From Candidatus Marsarchaeota archaeon (lineage in GTDB: Archaea > Micrarchaeota > Micrarchaeia > Micrarchaeales > CABMGC01), in assembly GCA_023476545.1 (NCBI GenBank), contig JAMCYP010000014.1, positions 2,297 through 66,296 of the forward strand: 64,000 bases of DNA, written 5' to 3'. The notes below the pieces were generated by a model. It had not been told where the DNA came from, did no database searches, and saw nothing but the letters and a program-made list of their open reading frames with translations. The first letter of the stretch is position 1, and each line of letters starts with the position of its first letter. Positions 60,424 through 64,000 of the stretch are shown here, piece by piece. The position numbers and the translations under genes were made by a program.

Positions 60424-61197
60424 TTATCTTATGTAGCTAGGGTCCCCTTTGAACTGCTGCCCCATCTCAGGAGGGAACTGCGCCTGCCTCGATTCCGCAA
60501 GCTCTCCAAGCATCTTCTCCGTCTCGCCCCTCAGCTTCTCTATGCTCCCTGGCTTTATCTGCCTGCCTATTATCTTGCTCACCACCTGGAGAACTGCCTT
60601 GGCGGAGTTGGCGTCTACATCAAGCATTCCCGTCTCGCCCATGATGCACGCGGCACCCATCTTGTGCTTCTTTGAGAACGCAACGATCATTCCCGCGGAA
60701 CCGAGGACCGACATGCCAGTGGCTTCCGTAGGAGTCACCCCGTATCCCTTTATCTTGGTCATTGTGGAGGGATCGGTTGCGAGTCCGAACACCTTGGGCG
60801 ACTTCACGTAGTTGGCGCCCATACTGAACCCTCCTATCGTGTATATCTTGGTGCCGCCGAGGTGCTTGAAGAACTCCACTATCTTCTCGTTGACCTCATA
60901 CTGTCCCTCCGGCGTGAGGGGTTGCGCGTCTCCAAGGAGTATCACAACGTCACTCTTTCCCTGCCTGCCCTTGGCGTAGAAGAACCGGTTGCTTATCATC
61001 CTGAACGCGCCGTTCTTGAGCATCAGGATCTGGTAGGGAAAATGAGGAGAGTACAGCGTGGCGAACTTCTTTGCGCCGAGCTCCTTGCGGAGGTGTTCCG
61101 CCACGAGGCTCCCAATACTCCCTATCCCGGGCAGGCCGACGAAGAGTATTGGCTTGTTCAGCTTGGTCTTCTTGTAGTATATTTTGGTGTCTTTCAT
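60424..61197 (-). CDS. Proteasome assembly chaperone (PAC2) family protein
   Basis: GLPGIGSIG, GDAQP, TIGG, GSAG, MGET...D; C-terminal YIR. Confidence 0.93.
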   Translation of the reverse strand: MKDTKIYYKKTKLNKPILFVGLPGIGSIGSLVAEHLRKELGAKKFATLYSPHFPYQILMLKNGAFRMISNRFFYAKGRQGKSDVVILLGDAQPLTPEGQYEVNEKIVEFFKHLGGTKIYTIGGFSMGANYVKSPKVFGLATDPSTMTKIKGYGVTPTEATGMSVLGSAGMIVAFSKKHKMGAACIMGETGMLDVDANSAKAVLQVVSKIIGRQIKPGSIEKLRGETEKMLGELAESRQAQFPPEMGQQFKGDPSYIR

Positions 61198-61949
61198 GCC
61201 CCACGCTTCGTTATGTTTATGCTCAACGTTCCCTTATATTTCTCCAGTATCTTTTCGGCTTCCTTTATCTTGCCCTCTACCACTGGATAGCTGGGCCCCC
61301 TGGCCGAGAGCTTGTAGTGAGGAGCGCCTTCGTAAAGCACGTCAACTCCTATACCCGTGACCTCCCCGAACGCCTTCTTTATCGTTGCAACGCTGCCTTT
61401 TTTGTTTATGGCTCTGAGCTCTACCGCGTAGCCAACCTCGTACTCCTTTGGCTTGACGTTCTTGGCAACTATGGCCTCGAACTCCTTTCTCACGTCGGAC
61501 TCCATGGTCGCATCGGGGAGTTTCCCCTCGACTGCAAGGTCCAGCAGCTCCGAATATGTAGGGGCGACGAGCGCTGCCTTCTTCTCTATCTCTTCTATCT
61601 TTCCCTCTTTGTGGGCTGCCTGCACCGCCTGCGTGAAGAACTTCTCGGCCCTCTTCTCAAGGTTGAACTCGTTTATCTTGTCCTTCTTCTGTTTTGAAGT
61701 TACCTTCTTGAGCGAGACGTCAAGCGCCCTCCTTGACGGGTCGACGAATACCACCTTGGCGGCGTCTCTCTGGCCCTCTTTTATGAACTCGTGTATGTTC
61801 TTTATCCAGCCGGAGGCCACCTCATTGATCGGCAGGTAGGCATCTGCTTTGTACTCTACGAGCTCGCAGTATGCCCCGTGAGGCATTATTTTTGTTATGT
61901 GCACAAGGACGATCTCCCCAACGCCCGGCAGCTCTTTCTGTATTATCAC
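61194..61949 (-). CDS. eif2a: Translation initiation factor aIF2 alpha
   Basis: S1 domain LPGVGEIV...EVASGWIKNI...DVSLKKV; GAPHY. Confidence 0.97.
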   Translation of the reverse strand: MIIQKELPGVGEIVLVHITKIMPHGAYCELVEYKADAYLPINEVASGWIKNIHEFIKEGQRDAAKVVFVDPSRRALDVSLKKVTSKQKKDKINEFNLEKRAEKFFTQAVQAAHKEGKIEEIEKKAALVAPTYSELLDLAVEGKLPDATMESDVRKEFEAIVAKNVKPKEYEVGYAVELRAINKKGSVATIKKAFGEVTGIGVDVLYEGAPHYKLSARGPSYPVVEGKIKEAEKILEKYKGTLSINITKRGA

Positions 61950-61954
61950 TCTGT

Positions 61955-62236
61955 TTACCTCTTGATCTCCACTTTCTTCTTAGTCCTGCCGAAAAGCGAC
62001 CTCTGTACCGTCTTCTTACACACTGTGCACTGAAGCAATAGCACCTGTCTCTTACCCAGCTTCTTGGCCCTGATCTTCGGCTCTACACTGCCGACGTACC
62101 CTTTGATTGACCTGTTGTGCGCCAGTGTGTGCCACGCAAGTCCTCTAGGTGCCTTCTTTGAGAAAACGCTCACTTTGTGGAGCGTGTGTTTGTTACAGTA
62201 GGGGCAGTATGTCATTATTTGGTTAGCTATTTTCAT
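61955..62236 (-). CDS. rpl44e: 50S ribosomal protein eL42 (L44e)
   Basis: TYCPYCNKHTLHKV, CTVCKK. Confidence 0.96.
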   Translation of the reverse strand: MKIANQIMTYCPYCNKHTLHKVSVFSKKAPRGLAWHTLAHNRSIKGYVGSVEPKIRAKKLGKRQVLLLQCTVCKKTVQRSLFGRTKKKVEIKR

Positions 62237-62245
62237 AATATCACA

Positions 62246-62728
62246 TCATTGTGCTGTTGCTTCTCCTATCCTGTTCTTAATAATAAAGTCTGCGTCCTCG
62301 TTATCCATTACCTCTATTATCTCCCCCTGCTTGAAGGGGCCTATCTTTTTGCCTTTGGAGGTGAGCACCTCTGGCACGTCTGAAGTTATGCGCATTCTGG
62401 ACACCTTGATTCCTCCGTCGGTCTTGTTCATAACAGCGAATATTTTGTTGTAGAGGACTTCATCCTCTGCAGGAACCGGGGCTGGAAGGGGTTTGTTGTA
62501 TGCTATGTACAGCAGTATCTTCTGTTTCCTCCTGTTTTTTAATGTTGCGAGTATCTTTTCGGTATTGTCCAACGCGCGCGTTCCATCAGGCGTTTGGTCC
62601 TTCTTAAGTGAAGATAAAAACACCTGTGCTTGTGCGTAAAAGTCGTGCTGCAACGGCATAAGCTCTCCTGCAGACTTCTCCTGTTGGAGTGCAGAAAACA
62701 ACCCTTCTGTAGTAATACTTAACGCCAA
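62246..62728 (-). CDS. GINS subunit (Gins51-like)
   Basis: EKSAGELMPL..DFY, RRKQKI, B domain VPEV...GKKIGPFKQGEII; TTG start at 62728 after GGTGG. Confidence 0.88.
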   Translation of the reverse strand: MALSITTEGLFSALQQEKSAGELMPLQHDFYAQAQVFLSSLKKDQTPDGTRALDNTEKILATLKNRRKQKILLYIAYNKPLPAPVPAEDEVLYNKIFAVMNKTDGGIKVSRMRITSDVPEVLTSKGKKIGPFKQGEIIEVMDNEDADFIIKNRIGEATAQ

Positions 62729-62856
62729 AACGCCACCGATCCCGGTATACTTCCAGTAATTAATCTCTGATTTTTTATTAATACCTACCGTTCTGTTGTA
62801 TCTATTTAGATACATATAGTTATACTAAACGTCGCGATTAGTGGAACTGAACCGTC

Positions 62857-62931
62857 TAGCGAGGGGAGGATTTGGACCTCCGGTCTTCGGGTTATGAGCC
62901 CGACGGGTACTCCAGGCTACCCTACCTCGCT
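62857..62931 (-). tRNA. Initiator tRNA-Met (CAU)
   Basis: A1-U72 acceptor AGCGAGG/CCTCGCT+A; three G-C pairs in anticodon stem TCGGG-CTCATAA-CCCGA; T loop TCCAAAT. Confidence 0.94.
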
Positions 62932-62976
62932 ATGCTAAGGAATGGCAGTCAATGTATAAAAAGGTTAGATGCCGCG

Positions 62977-63723
62977 TCAGACCGAGGCGCTTACTGCGCC
63001 CGCGCTTTGTGCGGCCTCCTCATCAAACAGCGCCCTCGCCTCCTCCTTGCTGAGCTGCTTAAGCGCCTTTCCGCAGCCGTCGCACTTGAACGTCGCCTCA
63101 TACGCCGCGTCGAAAGGCAGTATCACCTTCGCCTCCTCGTAGCATCTGCCGCAGTAGAAGAAATCGTTGCAGTTCTCAGGCAGTTTGTAGCCGTTGTCGG
63201 CCTTTGCAGTTATCGCGCTCTCATGAAGCTCCGTGAGCTTCTCTCCGTCAAGATACCACTTGAAAGTCAGCCAGCCCTTGCTGTCCTTGTTGGTGTCGTA
63301 CCTGGCAACGCCATAACTGTCAAGCACGTTGAGTATGCGCCTTACCTCATTTATCTTCACACCGAGCTCGGCCGCTATCTTATCGTCAGTCTGGGGGGAA
63401 TTGAGTAGTTTTATTACGTTTATGGCCTTCTTTCCCACGTTCTTTGATATAAAATCAGAAAACTTTACGTTATCAAGCAGCCCCTCTACCCTGAGCTTCT
63501 CAGTCTCTGCGGCGATCGTCGCCTGCTTGGCCTGCTCCCTCAACACCTTCTTCTGCTCCTTCAGTCGCAGTGCCCTCCTCGCCTCAAGCCTGTCCTGCCT
63601 CTCCTTCAGGCTCATCACATGCCTTTTAGCGCCTGCCGGCTTGCTGTTTGGCGTCTTTCCTCTTGAAGCCCTAGGATTAGCCTTGTTAAACTTTGACATC
63701 TTCGCACGGGGATTCTTACTCAT
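62977..63723 (-). CDS. tfe: Transcription factor E (TFE alpha) with a basic N-terminal extension
   Basis: TDDKIAAELGVKINEVRRILNVL, GWLTFKW, FFYC..C...F.CDGCG zinc ribbon. Confidence 0.93.
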   Translation of the reverse strand: MSKNPRAKMSKFNKANPRASRGKTPNSKPAGAKRHVMSLKERQDRLEARRALRLKEQKKVLREQAKQATIAAETEKLRVEGLLDNVKFSDFISKNVGKKAINVIKLLNSPQTDDKIAAELGVKINEVRRILNVLDSYGVARYDTNKDSKGWLTFKWYLDGEKLTELHESAITAKADNGYKLPENCNDFFYCGRCYEEAKVILPFDAAYEATFKCDGCGKALKQLSKEEARALFDEEAAQSAGAVSASV

Positions 63724-64000
63724 ATATTGGACACCACACGAATAAATACACGACGCGTGTTATTCGCACATAACACTATGCCGTCTCTTATATTTAAACG
63801 GTAGCTTATTTAGCAAAACAAACGCAAAACATTGTTATCTTGCTAACACGCTCCATCTTCCAGTCGCCAATACCTATTATGTCTCTTCTGGTATTTAAAC
63901 AATTCTGAAGAGCGCCATCAAAGGAACGCGTTTAAACATACCAACCCCAGCAGTATAATTCGGTGTTCGAATGGATAACAAAAGCTGATACCTGTACCCG

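Noticed and set aside
62730..64000. Replication origin in the AT-rich gaps near GINS and tfe
   Set aside because: No repeated ORB-like elements or cdc6/orc1 visible; the tracts are explained as promoters.

Overview
A gene-dense, mostly housekeeping segment of an archaeal chromosome, most likely Ca. Micrarchaeota (DPANN/ARMAN-2-like). This is inferred from the ~385-aa epsilon2-type tRNA splicing endonuclease, the tRNA-Ile(UAU), the split rpoB and the streamlined operons. The window carries the RNA polymerase operon (rpoH-B''-B'-A'-A''), KEOPS genes (kae1, bud32, pcc1), SRP54, PCNA, PriS, a PriL-PriX-like fusion, GINS, RadA, TFE, aIF2-alpha, part of the S10 ribosomal operon, and an 11-subunit complex I-like (nuo) system without NuoEFG and with nuoM displaced. 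It also has dTTP synthesis genes (dCMP deaminase, two Tmk paralogs, ThyX) and six tRNAs, one with an intron. Reading the raw sequence added short genes missed by the ORF track: eL41/eS32, a 51-aa Zn-finger and a 47-aa Cys-rich ORF inside the nuo operon. The most unusual signals are: (i) the nuo operon with this extra micro-ORF and altered proton-channel residues in NuoL/NuoN; (ii) a polytopic membrane protein fused to a Cdc48-like double AAA motor; (iii) a strongly diverged RNAP bridge helix and an E-to-Q change at the metal-B site; (iv) a tRNA-Glu-adjacent islet encoding a dATP/dGTP diphosphohydrolase and a methyltransferase, next to two divergent Tmk genes (one lacks the P-loop Lys, the other apparently starts at ATC); (v) tRNA oddities (Ile-UAU, C55 T-loops); (vi) a frameshifted orphan HicA; and (vii) candidate structured ncRNAs. 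No CRISPR array, transposase, integrase or rRNA was seen. All family assignments are from motif recognition, not database searches.
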